Both the position numbers and the translations under genes were made by a program. The notes below the pieces were generated by a model. It did not search any database. It was not told the DNA's origin and saw nothing but the letters and a program-made list of their open reading frames with translations. A stretch of DNA of 64,000 bases, taken from Sphagnum compactum. Lineage: Eukaryota. The stretch is from NCBI GenBank assembly GCA_965153455.1, contig OZ234493.1, positions 12,266,213 through 12,330,212 on the forward strand, in the 5' to 3' direction. This document shows, piece by piece, positions 28,085-44,400 of this stretch (position 1 is the first letter of the stretch; every line of letters begins with the position of its first letter).

Positions 28085-31000
28085 AATCACAGCAAATGTT
28101 GGACATCAATGAATTATGAATCTAATTCCTAAAATTCTGATATACCAGAAACAGATATACTGCAGGAGACTATGATTGGACATTATGAATCCTTAGGAAT
28201 CAATGTGAGGTGATGAACCCTTTGGTGGCACTTTATTTAGATTAGGGGTCTTTAATTTGGTTCATACAAATTTTAGGCCATGGTAAGACCTTGTTAGCTT
28301 GCATCAAATCATATTTTCCTCTTTTATTGTGTTCAAAACTAAATAAAATCCATACATATATCATAGCATGGACCTTATGTATTTTACTTACACCTTTATT
28401 TGGGTTCCCTTCTCTTTTTAGACTTATGACAATGCTTTTTATGCAAGTTCCACATGGACACATTACTCATAACCATATTGTTACATTCATCCCATAGCAA
28501 TGACTTTATCATGCATGCATTTTGTGCATACATGTGAGGGATAAATTGCTAATGTCCTTATTTTGGGGACATCTTTAGGATTTGAGGGACATTTTGAATA
28601 AGGCATCCTTTGTAATTTTAGGTTTGGCATGGTTTTTAAAGGTTCAAATACTCATTTAGGTTCAAGGACAAATGGGAGAGTAATGGGCAAATGTCAAGAG
28701 ACATTTGGAAATTTTTGGTTTCTATTTGGGTGATAGGGGGATGCCAGAAAATGATGGGGGCATTAGGCCACATCGAGGAGACATCAAGTCCAGAAAAAAA
28801 GGTGGTTTTTTTTTGTTGGATGACAAAAGAACAATGGGGATATCAAACAACATTAAAGACATGCCAAAGGATATTGAGTAGTGCTAAAGAGACATTAGGG
28901 GATGTTGAGTCGTGTTAGGAAAGTGTTGAGGATGTTGGCCATTTTTTTTAAGCAATGGGGGAGACATCAAGGGATGATGACAATGCTAAAAATATGTCAA
29001 ACGATGTTGGGAAAATACCAAGGGTGCTAAGAAAATATGAGAAAAAACTCTAGGAGATGTTGGGCAATGTTATAAAAATGCTAGAAATTGCAAGAAGAAG
29101 GTAATCCAAAATTTTTGAATTTTTTTGGTAGAATTGTAAAAAAATTTGCTATTGTTAAAAATGTTAGGAATGACAGTCCTATTTAAGACATGGAAAATTC
29201 ATAAAAAATATTATGTCATATAACATAGTTGTATTTTAGATTTTTGTTAACAAAGTTCAAAGAGTAATGAATTGCACCATATCTATTTATACATATTTGG
29301 TGAATTGAATCATGAACTCTTCCATAAAGTTCCCATAAAGTTCATTGTCCATGGAATATTTAAAAAATACTTTCACATGGGTAAAATTACAATCAAAAGT
29401 GTCACCCCAATGAGTGGACACTCCTTAAAATTGCATTTTTACATGTTTGAAAAATCACAAAAGAGGCATAATAGTTTGGATTGTCATTTTTTTTGGGGAA
29501 TATTTTTTATTAATTGCAAAGTTTACATGTTCAAAGCTTGACACAAATCAAAAATGTTTTTGCATGTTCAAAACATTCAAACCTCAAGAGTGGACTATCC
29601 TTGTTTTTTTCAAACGTCCTTTTTTTTACCAAATGTGTAGCATTCTTTTTGAAAATTGGAAAGGATTTTAACATTGATGATTAGAAAGGTAAACTAACTT
29701 GAATTGATGATTTTTTTTTATAACCCATTTGAGCCCATTTGGCTTAGAAGCGTTTTTGACCTAAAAATTATGGATTAAAAAAAATGGCTTTAAAAAAAAT
29801 TGTTCATTTATTTGTGATAGAGGGCATGAATGCATAATACACATGATATAAAATCAATTTGTGGTCAAAATGTATTTATATCTTAAATGCAATGTTAAAT
29901 GGGATATTTGAAATACATAATTTTAAGTTACAAACCAACATAGAAGTGACACGTGTCATGTTTAGTCCTTAGAAAATAACTTTTACCTTTGCACCCTTGG
30001 CTCCTTTGATTGTGATTTCACACACACATCCATTATGATGAAAGATGAAAATTTATGTAGCTACACTTTATTTAACAATGTACACCTTCAACTCCATATG
30101 ATTGCCATGTTTAATTACATTCATGCTCATCATTGAAACAATCATGCCTTCAATTCATAAACATTTTATGATAATTGAAACCATGTTTATTTCCATACAT
30201 GGACATGCAAAGCCTTACATATTTTTTTGTGGTTTTTGGGCAAGACCACATAGGTAAAATGATGGAGATAATAAGGGTCCTTTTTCGTGAGGCTACCATG
30301 ATCACAATTACATATTTAACTTCATACTATGCTCACATCAAGTTACTAAAAAGACATTTAAAGGTTTTGTTTCTTGTTGCACAGTTAAGGTCTTTCCATT
30401 GGAGAACTACAACTAGGTTGAAAATTTATAAATAATCAATGTTAGCAATGTTGGGGAATTTTAGTGCAATACAAGTTCTTGTTTAAAAAATGATAGATGT
30501 TGATGTATGATGATTCATAGTTTCATTTGAAGTGGTGAAGCTATCACAACTTTGCATTTGGTCAATGCTCAATCAATAGAGTTGTGAGGTGAATATCAAC
30601 ACAACTAGATGGAACAAATGTAATAGAAGTTGCAATTGAAACAAATTTTATGATCATAAGAACTTAATGGAAAAAGGCATTATCATGGGTTATTGATCCA
30701 TTTAGGAGATTTATTTTCCATAGAGAACACCTTTATAATGGTGTTTCTATGACATTTTAAAGAAAATAAACTTCCATTGGTGAACATGTGTTAATTTAAT
30801 GTACACTCATCTTGGTGGGGTGTGAAAATTTCTTAAACCTTGTTATGAGGTAACTATAGTTGGTTGGGGGCATTTCATGGTTGTACCCCCATAAGATGGG
30901 CATTAACTTAGTAATTAGACATAAACATGTGCATAAGATAAGTTAATAATGAGGCAAACAAATCACTTCATATTTCTTGAGTGTTACACATGAACATATA

Positions 31001-32399
31001 ACATTGTCCATAACTTGCAAATAATCAATATTTATGTTAACGATGATTTTTGATAAGAGTTTAGTTTTACATCACCATTGGGTTCTTGTCTACCATATTA
31101 CATGTAGTACCACATACCCAAGTAGTTAAGATGGTTCACAAGGTTCAATTTGCGATCAGTAAATAATGCAAGAACGGATCATGCATAGATGAACAACATT
31201 AGAAGAGAATTGAGAATAATGTATATTGTTTTGTTTGAGTACAAGATCAATTCTAGTTTTCTAGGCACCTAAAAGATTATTCTATGCCCTTTATATCTCC
31301 ATTCTTTTTCTTACCTCTTTAAAGTTTTAGATAACTATAATTCACGTTGTATCGGTCGACCTAGTGATTTAGCAAGTTAAAGTAATGATAATTGAATTCG
31401 GTAGGGTACAGCCGAATTTTACCCTATCAAATCTCAGTAGGGTGTTTACTTTGATTTGGTTGGATGACTACACATGTTTAGTAGATTGAATGTCTAATTT
31501 CGGTAAACCTATTCTCAAGACTTCTTCTACTATTTGATACTTTTGTTTTGACATGCACCAAATTTACATATTCCTAGTTTATTACCCCCCCCCCCCCCCT
31601 TAGGACCTTAGTGTCCACACAAGGTCATCATTTTCTAAGTAGGTTATTCCTTGTGTGGTGCTACTAGTCGAGATTGGGAAATGTCGGCTAGGGGGTAGAT
31701 GCAAGCTATGGTGGTTCACATTTTGTGACCTTATGGACTTTCGATACAATGTACTCTATTCAAATGCCACAAGCACATTGTAAAATCATCACTTTGACAA
31801 AAATATTTATGGATTCAGATTGCTAACTTGAATAAGAATATTTATTAAGGGGCAAAATTCAATAACATACACTGATCATATAGTAATGGACTTTTAAAGT
31901 GGACATATAAACTATAGTCTGGGTTTTACATTAACATTCAAATGCAATTTTTGTTATCATTTCATTTCAATATTTTTTATAGGGTCTCAATATTGATACA
32001 TGATGGGAAAAAAATATGAATTGAAAAAAAATACAACAAAAACTTTAACGAACAAATAACTATGGACTTTTGAATGACCAAATTTGGGCCATATTTTTAA
32101 AAGTCCTAATCTTGGTCATTTTTTGTTGGACTGATTTTTTCCCCCCTAGCATGTATAATAAAAAGTTTTTTAAATGGGTAGCTTTTCATATGGACTTTAT
32201 TAATTGATTAATCACCACATAGGGCCCTCTAAACATTGGTTTTTAACTTTTTTTTTTTCCATTCTAGTGTTAATTTTTCCATTTATATGGACATTTGGGA
32301 TTAGGACTCTTGCCGCTTTTGAGCCACAATAGCTTGCATTTTCCTTGGGGTTAAGAAATCGTCGATGTCATTGTCAAAATCGACTTCTAATGCAGAGTT

Positions 32400-35200
32400 G
32401 TCACCCAACATTGTTCCTGGAAAAAAAATTCGATGCATCTTATCTTCCTAAGGACCAGTGGATAGGGTAGGCACTATTGGAATTCTCAAGGCATTAGATT
32501 CCTGGGGTTCCTCTAAAGATGTTTCACCAAATGATCTACTCTAAAAATAACAACCCGTCACGTTATTGGGCTCTTACCAAGATGGGCTTAAACCACATGT
32601 AGGTTGGGTCTTTTTGTTGTGTAGTGTTAGCTGATTGGTCGACATCATTGTTTCCTTCAGTAAATCCTTGAGTGCATGGCTCTCGAATAGATCTCCTAGC
32701 CTTTGTGCCCATTGCCATGTCCCCATGGAGTCCTCCTTCATTGTCTTTTCAATGGTGTTTAATATAAGATCTCTTCTGGCCATAACAAAAGTGGGCTTAT
32801 GGCTAATTGTCGTGGTATGTTTTCGGTAATATTTGTTGTACGCGACCTCCAATTTGCAATAATGCATATGCACCCATGCAACCCATGAGATGTTCTAACA
32901 CACCATAACCGCATCTATCGTTGAAAATGATATAGCCACACATAATATTGTATGCCAAATACTCACAAAACTCCCTGTCTTGTATCTTCCACATTCGTTC
33001 AAAATCCTTAATGAAGATTTGGGCATTGAGCATAGGTGGAGCAAATCTCACCAAAAGGCATGTTTGTAGGCAATAAATGAAGTAATACCTTTCTGAGTGA
33101 GGAATAATTGGTAGGGTATACTCCAACTCCTTCAAAATATGTAGTATATCACTCAAATTATAAGGTTTTAGCCCTACACCTCTACATCAAATGTTGGAGG
33201 AATAGTTCTTGTTTGTTTATTGTAGATCGGGAAACGTATGTGACTTTGATAGTGAATCGTCAATGGGGAATGTTGTCGTGGTGCAAAATCCTCCAATGGT
33301 TGTTCTAAATTTTTATCCTTCCTTACACTATCACCTTCATTGTGGCTTTTCTCCCCACTCTTGCCACCCTCTGTTTGTTCTTTCCTTCCAATCTGTTCGG
33401 TAAATTTAGTGACTAAAATTTTGTGCACGATATCTTGATCCTCTTCTTCTTCTTCTATGTTTGTTTTGTTAGATTCCTTTCGCTCTCGAAGATTCGCATG
33501 TGTTGCATTAACCTCCATTACCATGTCTTGTTCCTTTTAATAATATAATTGCACCATCGATAGTCAGGCTTCAATAAGAATTGCTGAGAGCTCTTCACCT
33601 TGATTTTCAAGTAATTGATCATAGAGGACAACCTCAGCTGACTGCTCCAATGTTAATGCCTTCCACTTAGCCATTTCAGCATCATGTTTAACCTTTGCTT
33701 CCCTTTGTTTAACTATTTTTTTTTCTTTAGTAGTTGTAAGTTGGATTGGACCTTTGACTAATGTAGATTGCAATTCATTGTAAATTTGTTGGGTGTATTG
33801 GTGTTCATGGTATTCATAATGCCTATATTCTAATTCCAACTCCTTTAATTTGTATTGCTCAATGTCTATCATAGGACTTTTCCCTCGTGAATTGGAAGGT
33901 GTGAGTGCTCACAAATTAATGATCAACCTAAAGATTTGGCTTTGCAAGACATCCATTTCTTGAACATGCATGTCTTTCAAGTTTTGGATTTTTGCCATAT
34001 GTGTTGTTTCAAGTTTTCGAACAGATGCAATCATGAGCTTTTCAATGGCATCTTGGGCTGGCAACATGATCATATCCATTGCAGGTTGCGGTGCAGGCAC
34101 ATGTGGTGACGGTGTTGATAGCATTTCCCTCTCTGCTTTGGGTGGCAACACAAGATCTACTCTTTGTGAGGTAGGTTTAAGTCGTCCCGTTTACAAAGGT
34201 GGCCTTATAGCTTTCCCCACATTTCCATTTGTGTTAGGTGTGGGTTCTCCAATTTGTTGTGATAGTTCAATCCTACAATTGTGGGGATTAATTGCCTACC
34301 CTTGGATTTCAATTTCCATCCCTTGGTGTTTAAAAGGAAGACCATGTGGGAAATGCCTTACCCTTGGAAAATTCTTCACCACCCATGTATTTGGATATAT
34401 TGTCCAATCCACATCTCGTTGAAGGATAACCTTAGTATACACCATTTGGCATGACCATAAGCAAGCCTCATTGTTTGGAAAACGTGTGGGTTAGCCATGG
34501 AAAAAATCCCAAACCTTTGCCATTCTCGACTTCAAGCCTAGGTGTTGGCACATGAACCAAAAGGTTGCATTATATACAATCATTGGTGTTAGCCTGGAAG
34601 TAGGACAATGCTGACCAATGTAGGTCCAAGTCACACATTGCATGGCCTTGGTATATGTCCAAGGTTGGGGGACTCCTTCCCAACCTTGCTTTGCTAATAA
34701 TTGTTCGTTATTTAGCACATCCATGTCGATTGTGTGTTGAGCGCCCTTCTTCTTTTTGCTTATTTGATGGTCATCCTCGGGTTTCTCATCCTTGAACATA
34801 TTTCCTATAGTATCTTCCTTGTCCCTGGACATATGTTCTAAAACTAAACCAATTTTAGAACTAAACAAAAATGTTCAATCTACTTTGTTCAGAAGCTTTT
34901 ACACTTTCAAAATAAGTGCAACCTATCAAAGATAGTTAAAGAGCAGAATAATTGGGAGATGCATCAAGGGCCTCAAATATACAAGAACCATAGAATCAGA
35001 CTTGAAGGAGTTAAATAATTTATTTCTACAATGATTTGTTATCGACAACCATAGGCAACAAATAAATTCCCCCTCAAGTTGCCATTCCTTGCAAGTGTAA
35101 ATTGGTGGTTGTAATGACAACCAGAAATTGAACACCGTAAGGAAAGGTGGGAAATGTGGGACCTGCAGCTTCGTTATATAGACCAAAATCATTCAAATGT
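32400..35200 (-). pseudogene. Decayed intronless coding region of unidentified, probably transposon, origin
   Basis: A chain of co-oriented minus ORFs (34868-34491, 34151-33909, 33872-33564, 33524-33174, 33156-32803, 32873-32574) with protein-like, partly coiled-coil composition; no family motif recognised. Confidence 0.4.
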
Positions 35201-35409
35201 AGGTATTGCATTTAGTCGGTTAATAATTCGTATTTAAGCCTTTTGCCATTGCACTTACATGCTCTTCCTACCATCAATGTCCCCATGAGCCTCCACTTTG
35301 CACCATTTATTGCATATTGTACACAACATAATTAAATAATTTAATGCCTTGGGTTAAGAAAAAAAGAGGATTATATTTTATAACATAAAATGTATCAAAG
35401 GGGAATTTA

Positions 35410-35660
35410 CACTGCTAGAAATTCTGTCATATGCAACCACACCACATGCAACTGGGATGCAATTGCCTGTCGCATGCAACTGTTTTTGTAACTATGCGCC
35501 CTTTTTGGGTGTGTATGCAACTATGGTGCAACTATAATTGCCTTCATCCCAACCTTTGGATGAGTTCTGTGATATATCACCGTATATATTTGATATATCA
35601 TCATATATCATTGATATGTATATACTCATAGTTGCATGTGCAACCAAAATATGCCAACTA
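35410..35660 (+). repeat. Left TIR candidate and subterminal repeats of the CACTA element
   Basis: CACTGCTAGAAA (compare En/Spm CACTACAAGAAAA) followed by about 8 ATGCAACT/AGTTGCAT-type motifs in both orientations. Confidence 0.7.
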
Positions 35661-36297
35661 TGGTCTTTTGGTAAGCTAGGTACACATTTTTTTTAGGCAT
35701 GTCTAGGATTAGGGTTGCCTACAAATGACAATCCCATTGATAAGGTTTAGGATATAGGTGAAAAATAACCTAATATATTTTGCCACACCTAAAATAATGT
35801 ATCTATCCCCAACTTTTAGTAGCTTGCTCCACAAACATTTAGAAGACAATTTACAACTGAAGATATCAATTTTACTTACAATAGTTTATCACTTGATGAA
35901 GCAAAACAATGTATATGTGTATTCAACAAGAAGGTCCAATTAATCCCCTCAAGATTACAATATGTGGGTTTGACATGTGGAAATAATCTATTTTATTCCA
36001 ACAATTATCCAGTACAAGTGAGGGTCTCATGGCACATAGTCCATGTAATGCATGAGTTGGTTCCAAAGTCAGCCTTGATAGTCCTGATGGGTAGACATGT
36101 GACTAAAGCACACATCAGAAACCAGACATGAAAACACATGCTATTGTCCCCCTTAACAACCATAACCAGACAATATGCAAACCCTGGAAAGGGTTACCCA
36201 AAGAATATCTCAGAATAAGAAGCTCTATCTGAACCCCAACTTCACTCAATACATAATTTCTTGCTCATAAATGTTATTACATCCAACTACAGAATGT

Positions 36298-38546
<2,249 letters not shown>

Positions 38547-38789
38547 ATGGAAACAGTAGTAACAACTTCAAGTCCTTCAAGTCTCAGGTGCAGCAGCAAA
38601 AACGAAGCTGCAAATCTCAATGCGTCCATACAACAACAGTAGCAGCAGGAGCAGGAGAGCCACAGCTACGACAACTGGGAGGAAAAGACAGCTACGAAGA
38701 AGAAGAAGCTCTTGGAGAAACAAACCCTGCCTTTCGGGGAGTTCTCGGCGGTTTCACACCGTCCATAGTCACACTTCCTTCCCTCTATT

Positions 38790-39545
38790 CCCCAAAATTG
38801 TAAACATGACCAACACTTCCCTTGTGCAGCACAACCTCAAACGCTTCAGCCACATCTTCACAGTACAGGTAGCTTCGCACATTACATCCATCTCCATGGA
38901 TGGGGAGGGGCTTCCCCTGGCCAAAAGAATGAATGTGGGAATGAGCTTCTCTGGGAATTGGTTTGGTCCATACACATTATTGCCTCGTCTGGTGATGACA
39001 GGCAACCCATATGAGCGGCCATATGCCATCACCGGCATTTCTGCACCAGCCTTGGTGGCTGAGTAGGGATTTGTGGGAAGCAGCTGCGATGCTTCATGGT
39101 TTCCAACAATTGCATCAGCCTCAGTCTCTCCATAGACCTCATATGTGCTCACATGAATGAAGCGGTGGACAGTGCCTGTCACTTTGCATGCCTCCAACAA
39201 CACATGGGTCCCATAGATGTTGTTCTTTGTGAACTCAATACTGTTGCCAAATGAGTTGTCGACATGAGTTTGGACGGCAAAGTGCATAATGGTGTCAATA
39301 CCCTCAGTAATGAGAAGGTAGTTCACAAGATCTGCACTCCCAATGTCACCTTTCACAAACTTGAAATTCTTGGAGGACTTGGAGGGCAACAGATTCTTCA
39401 AGTTGGAGCAATAATCCAACTTGTCTAGCACCACGATCTCGTAATGTGGGTAGTTGCGCATCAGTCTGTTGGCAACATGAGATGCAATGAATCCTGTTGC
39501 ACTAGTTATCAAGATGCTTTTGGGAGTGTATGTGGCTTCCCCCAT
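38790..39545 (-). pseudogene. RHM1: 5' fragment of UDP-L-rhamnose synthase (RHM; UDP-glucose 4,6-dehydratase domain), truncated
   Basis: YTPKSILIT.ATGFIASHV..LDKLDYCSNLKNL..QTHVDNSFGNS..PTNPYSATKAGAEM..NNVYGPNQFPEKLIP. A frameshift at about 38918 continues as KPLPIHGDG.NVRSYLYCEDVAEAFEVVLHKG.VGHVYNFG, and similarity stops at about 38790. STDEVYG has become STYEVYG. Confidence 0.93.
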
Positions 39546-41017
39546 TATGATGATGACCTCCGTTTCTGCAAATCTGCCTGATATTATTCAGTAAGAAAGA
39601 ATTCTTCTCTATCAGAATTTTGTGGGCACAACACAAGAGTAACAACAAAGTTCGGTGGAGCCACAGACGGGAAATAGAGAGGAAGAGTGTAATTTGGACT
39701 CCCCTGCAAACAAGGAAGATCAAGACCAAGCTCTCTTTAGTCCTGGTATAATACCTTACAAGTACACCTGCTTTTTTTTGGTACTGTCTGTCATAGGGAC
39801 CGAATGTGAGGGACAACAAAGCGAGCAATATCTGCTGCTCACGACTACTAATCCACAAGCTCCTCATTTCCAACTGAAGAGATTATGTGTCGTCATTATG
39901 AAAACATAAAATTTCGAACAATCAAGATGTTCTGAGTGAAGCAAACATCATCAGCTAAACAGTGTCAAATTTCACTGTAGCAACTGGGAACTCTGACCCA
40001 ACTCATTACACTAAGGCAGATCTCAATTCAGTTGAGCACTCGAGGATAATATCATATATAATGCACGTGTTGAAATTAGAACTGATCAAACAGTTATCAG
40101 ATGATTTCAATAAACAAGATCTCTCTATTCTGAAATGAACCTTTGTTCATCAATGCTTAAATCCTCACGGTAAGAGGTCTATACATGCTCCAGCCCTCCT
40201 AAAATCATGCTTGCTCAATTGATGGTATTCTGTGAGCTACTTGCATTTGCAAACGGAATGATCCAAATGCTCATTCAGTATAACATTAGTCCTCTTCCAA
40301 CTATGTATATGCCTGGAAGGCAACCAAGTATATGAATGCAGCCTGTGCCAGAATAGATCTCTAAATCCATAAAGTTCATCACAGCCCTGTTTCTATTGAG
40401 TTTCAGCTCTGAAGTGTCCTGACAATGTTGTAAAAGAAATTCCATCAATACTGCTCAACGTTGTTGCCTCCAGCCTATGTGTCGCAGCCATGTTGCTGTT
40501 GTCTTCCCACCACCCTAGGCACCACAAATGGTGCCACAGAGTTATCCTACCTCATTACTTCATAGATTACAAGTCTTGGATCTTTGGAAAGATTTCTTTT
40601 ATGGCTACAGCACTCTTGCTGTATCTGATCAGCACCCACCAATCAGCACCAAATATCAAGTAAACATAAGTCCCTCTTACATTGTGCACAAAACCCTGCT
40701 CGTTCAGCACTTGTCATTCATGAACCTCTGTAATGGAATTATCCTTATTGCTTATCAAGCACTTCAGGCAGTCATGATGAACATCACCACTTCCCCCAAC
40801 TGCAACAGGTACCTAGACATTGAAAAAAATACCAGTTAGCAACAACATAACCACATCATAGCAGTCACATAGTGGCACAAGCACATCTTGTTATCCTCCA
40901 CTGGCTCTTCAACCAATGTCTCTGATATCCCATAAGCCCCAGCTTCAAGAAAACCCTCAAGCTCAGATGACCTTTCAGCTCAGCTCAGCTCAGCTCACAC
41001 ACCATGCGCTTTCCTTC

Positions 41018-41030
41018 TCACACAACACAC

Positions 41031-41060
<30 letters not shown>
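41018..41060. repeat. (CA)n microsatellite, probably in the captured RHM promoter/5' leader
   Basis: Interrupted CA run next to (GCTCA)n at 40974-40997. Confidence 0.8.
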
Positions 41061-41062
<2 letters not shown>

Positions 41063-41451
41063 TGCTAATCAACCCCATTCGCTAATCATTTGTGATTAGT
41101 AGCCTAATTAGGACCTTAATCAGGGCCTTAATTATTCTCTCTCTTGCTAAAGAGAGATTTGTGTTAAGCAAATAATACTGTAGTAAGATATTAATTTTTT
41201 ACCACTGGGTGCAACCTGTCTACATTCAGAATCCAAAGGCGGTTAGCACATAAAGAGGATCTCCAAAGGATCTGCAATATCTCCAGGAAGCCCATACCAT
41301 CAGAACGACTCATAAATATGTTTCAGCTCTAAACATGGGAGCAGATCCTGTAGTGAGTGCCTACAAAGTCAGCTCAAGGACACTTACCTGTGTGCCTGTA
41401 GCTCTTGAAATACGTGTGGCAAGAGCTGCCAGATCCCCATAAGACAACTAT

Positions 41452-44400
41452 TCATTCAAGGCCAACTTCATCCTCACCAGATGACCTTTGAAGCTCTTCG
41501 GCAGCTAGAATTGCATCAGCTCCGGTCAATTCAATTGCACCAACAAGTGCCATGTTCCTTGGTACCTCTGGAAATTCCAGAGGCACATCTACTCCAATTA
41601 AGTTGTCTACCATGGTAACTTCATCACTATCAGATACTAGGATGCGTTTGGACCTTGGTTCTTTGTGGAGGACAACCTTCCATCCTGGCATGTTAGGGTC
41701 ATCTGCATAAAAAACCTACTGCACCTGGGCTGGAAATACATAAGGTTCATCAACCCGTGCTTTCAATTGTCGAAAATTTACCAACAAAAACCCATCATCA
41801 TCACGCTTATATGTGGGATTCCCCCATCTGTCTAATCCATTTCTTACCCAATCACATTTGAACAATATTACTGGTTGGGATATAGGGCCATAGTCTAGCA
41901 AAATTATGTCCTTCAATATCCCCACATATTGAAGCGCCCCAAGTCTTGTACCCTCTGTTGACTGCTGCTCTTGATGGAAAACTGATGCAACTCCAAAATC
42001 GTATGTGGCACTTGTGTTGTCAGTGGTATTTATAGAAACTCTGTAATGATTTCCATATGCTTTCATTCTTGTGTACCTTGAAGCAAAAGGGGATGGCAAA
42101 ACTGATAGATGGAGTGCATCTTGGTCTTCAAGCACGCCCCCTTGTGCGATATGGCTCCGAATTGCTTCACGAACCCAACTTGCCAAGTTTTGCACCTCTT
42201 GGAGCTCTGGTGGAAACTCCACATGCCTGCTTCTTGTTCTATGCCCCATCCGCCATTGTGCTTCAAATTCTGCTCTTAACTGCCTTATCCGAATTGTTTC
42301 TTGCTCATACATGCTGCACCCCCAATAGCCAAGCCCCACATTAAGTTTATTAATTTTAGTTAGTTGTTCAACAAGAAAGTAACTTACCCATGCATCTATG
42401 ACCTCTTTACAATTTTCCAACATGGGTTTAAGGGGTTAAGGGTTGTGTACCAAACCCACGGTGCTAAACATGCCACATTTGTGATCACATATTGATGTGC
42501 CACATCTCGTGTTACAGGGTCCAGAGTCAACTTTGTGGCAGCCCCTTCCACAACTTCACCATAAACCCCCTCCTCTTCATCTGCATCCTAGATTCTATGT
42601 CGAACATGGCGGAAATCTTGTAGATATTCGGTGACAAACCCAATTGTCTCATCCAAAATGTAACCTTCTGCCATGGAAGCCTCTAGCCTTGACCTATTAC
42701 GAACATAACCTTTGAAAACCTTCATGGCCCGTTCTATTGGGTACATCCAGCGAGTATGAACTGGGCCACAAATGTCTAGTTCTTCTACAATGTGCAATGT
42801 TAAATGTGACATCACATCAAAAAATGCTCCCGGGAATTCCCATTCAAGCATGCTAAGAGTGATTGCTACATCTTCCCTTAGGTTTGTAGGTCAATTGGAT
42901 CCCAAACCTTTGCACATATGTTACAATACACTCGACTAAGGCACATCAAACTTAAACGTACATGAGCATCCATTAGGCCCCTTAGAGCTAGAGGCATTAA
43001 TTGTTGCATTAAAACATGCCAATCATGGCTCTTCATTAACCCAAGTTTCTTATCCATGATATGTTTTCCTAATGAGCCGCAATAATTTGTTGGCACTTTC
43101 AAAGAGGCTAACCTATTCATGAAAGTTTGGAGCTCTTCTGGTCTAAGGACATAGGGGGCAACAGGTTTAAAAATCTTGCCCGGCCTTTGAGGATCCCGTT
43201 TCAACCATAGATGTTCTCGGATTCCACACACTTCCATGTCCCGTCGAACCTTGATTGTGTCCTTCAATCCAAATATGAACTTGATCATACTCTCACAAAC
43301 ATTCTTCTCAATGTGCATCACATCTAACGTGTGCCTGATGAGTAAATGCTGCAGCAACCACCATTTCGGTTAAACAATGGTAATATTTACACAATTTGTG
43401 CCTGGGAACTACTATACCAAGATGTAAACACCCATATAATGATGCCACCCAATAATTGAAATCTCACAAATTGACAAATTTTAACAGGGACCAAAAATAT
43501 GTTTGCCCACCCCAGGACTCCGCACTTATCTCTGATTCCAGAAATGAACCACTTGATGCCTCAGTTGTCCCAGTAAACAGTCCCTTTGATACAGCGTCTT
43601 TTGAAACCTTTGATGATGAAGAAGATGAAGAACAACTAATCGCACTTGAAGACAAGATCTGGGTGGACTTAGAGGATGAGGCTGATGATCTCCTAGACAT
43701 GGAGTTAGAGGATGAGAGCCAAAAGACTGAATCTGCTTTGGAAGACATAAAAGTTTGTGATGATCCCCCAATGCTGCAAAGCACACTTCATGACCAAAGA
43801 GTTTTAAGTACTGAACTGGATAATGACCAGATGACACAGCATAGTCCAGTGGATGTAGATATGGCTGCCGGACATGCTTCAGAGGACCATGCAACAAAAC
43901 AAAAATGTGTCCAGTGAGAAAAACCAATCAAGGGAGACTATGGATATGACCGAAGATGATGCAGGCATTTATGTCATAGCAACAATAGCCAAGACCAGTA
44001 AGAACATCTCAGAAGGATCTCATAAAGAGGGTGAGAAAGGTAATGATGAAGTAAAAGGAATTCTGGAGCTTGAATTGAAGGTGAGACAGATGGAGCGTGA
44101 ACTGAAAGAGAAAGATGCAAATTTTACACATTTTGCTATCATGATGAGATGCATCTTTTAATGTTGTTGAAACCAGCTGGATCAAAAATCCATGGTATCA
44201 TCCAGTGTTGAACAATTGGACACTGACAATTCCAAACAGAACAGTGGTGTTACAGTGAGTCTAGACAAAGGGCTCTCAGAAGAGTCACCATGGATTTCAG
44301 TCTGGTCATAATGGCAGTGATAAGGGTCCATAATACAAGCTGTCCTTCACTCAATATGAATGTTGTTGCACATTCAATGTAGTGGTAGTCAATTCTGCAC

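Noticed and set aside
28200-31300. Possible further TE remnant
   Set aside because: Too decayed; no motif or terminus that I can support.
38769-39545. The 258-aa ORF as a functional stand-alone dehydratase
   Set aside because: Frameshift, truncation, and altered nucleotide-binding and TDE motifs.
41203-41215. CACTG as a possible left TIR next to the transposase 3' end
   Set aside because: Not followed by a CTAGAAA/CAAGAAA-like tail or TGCAACT subterminal repeats; 35410 fits much better.
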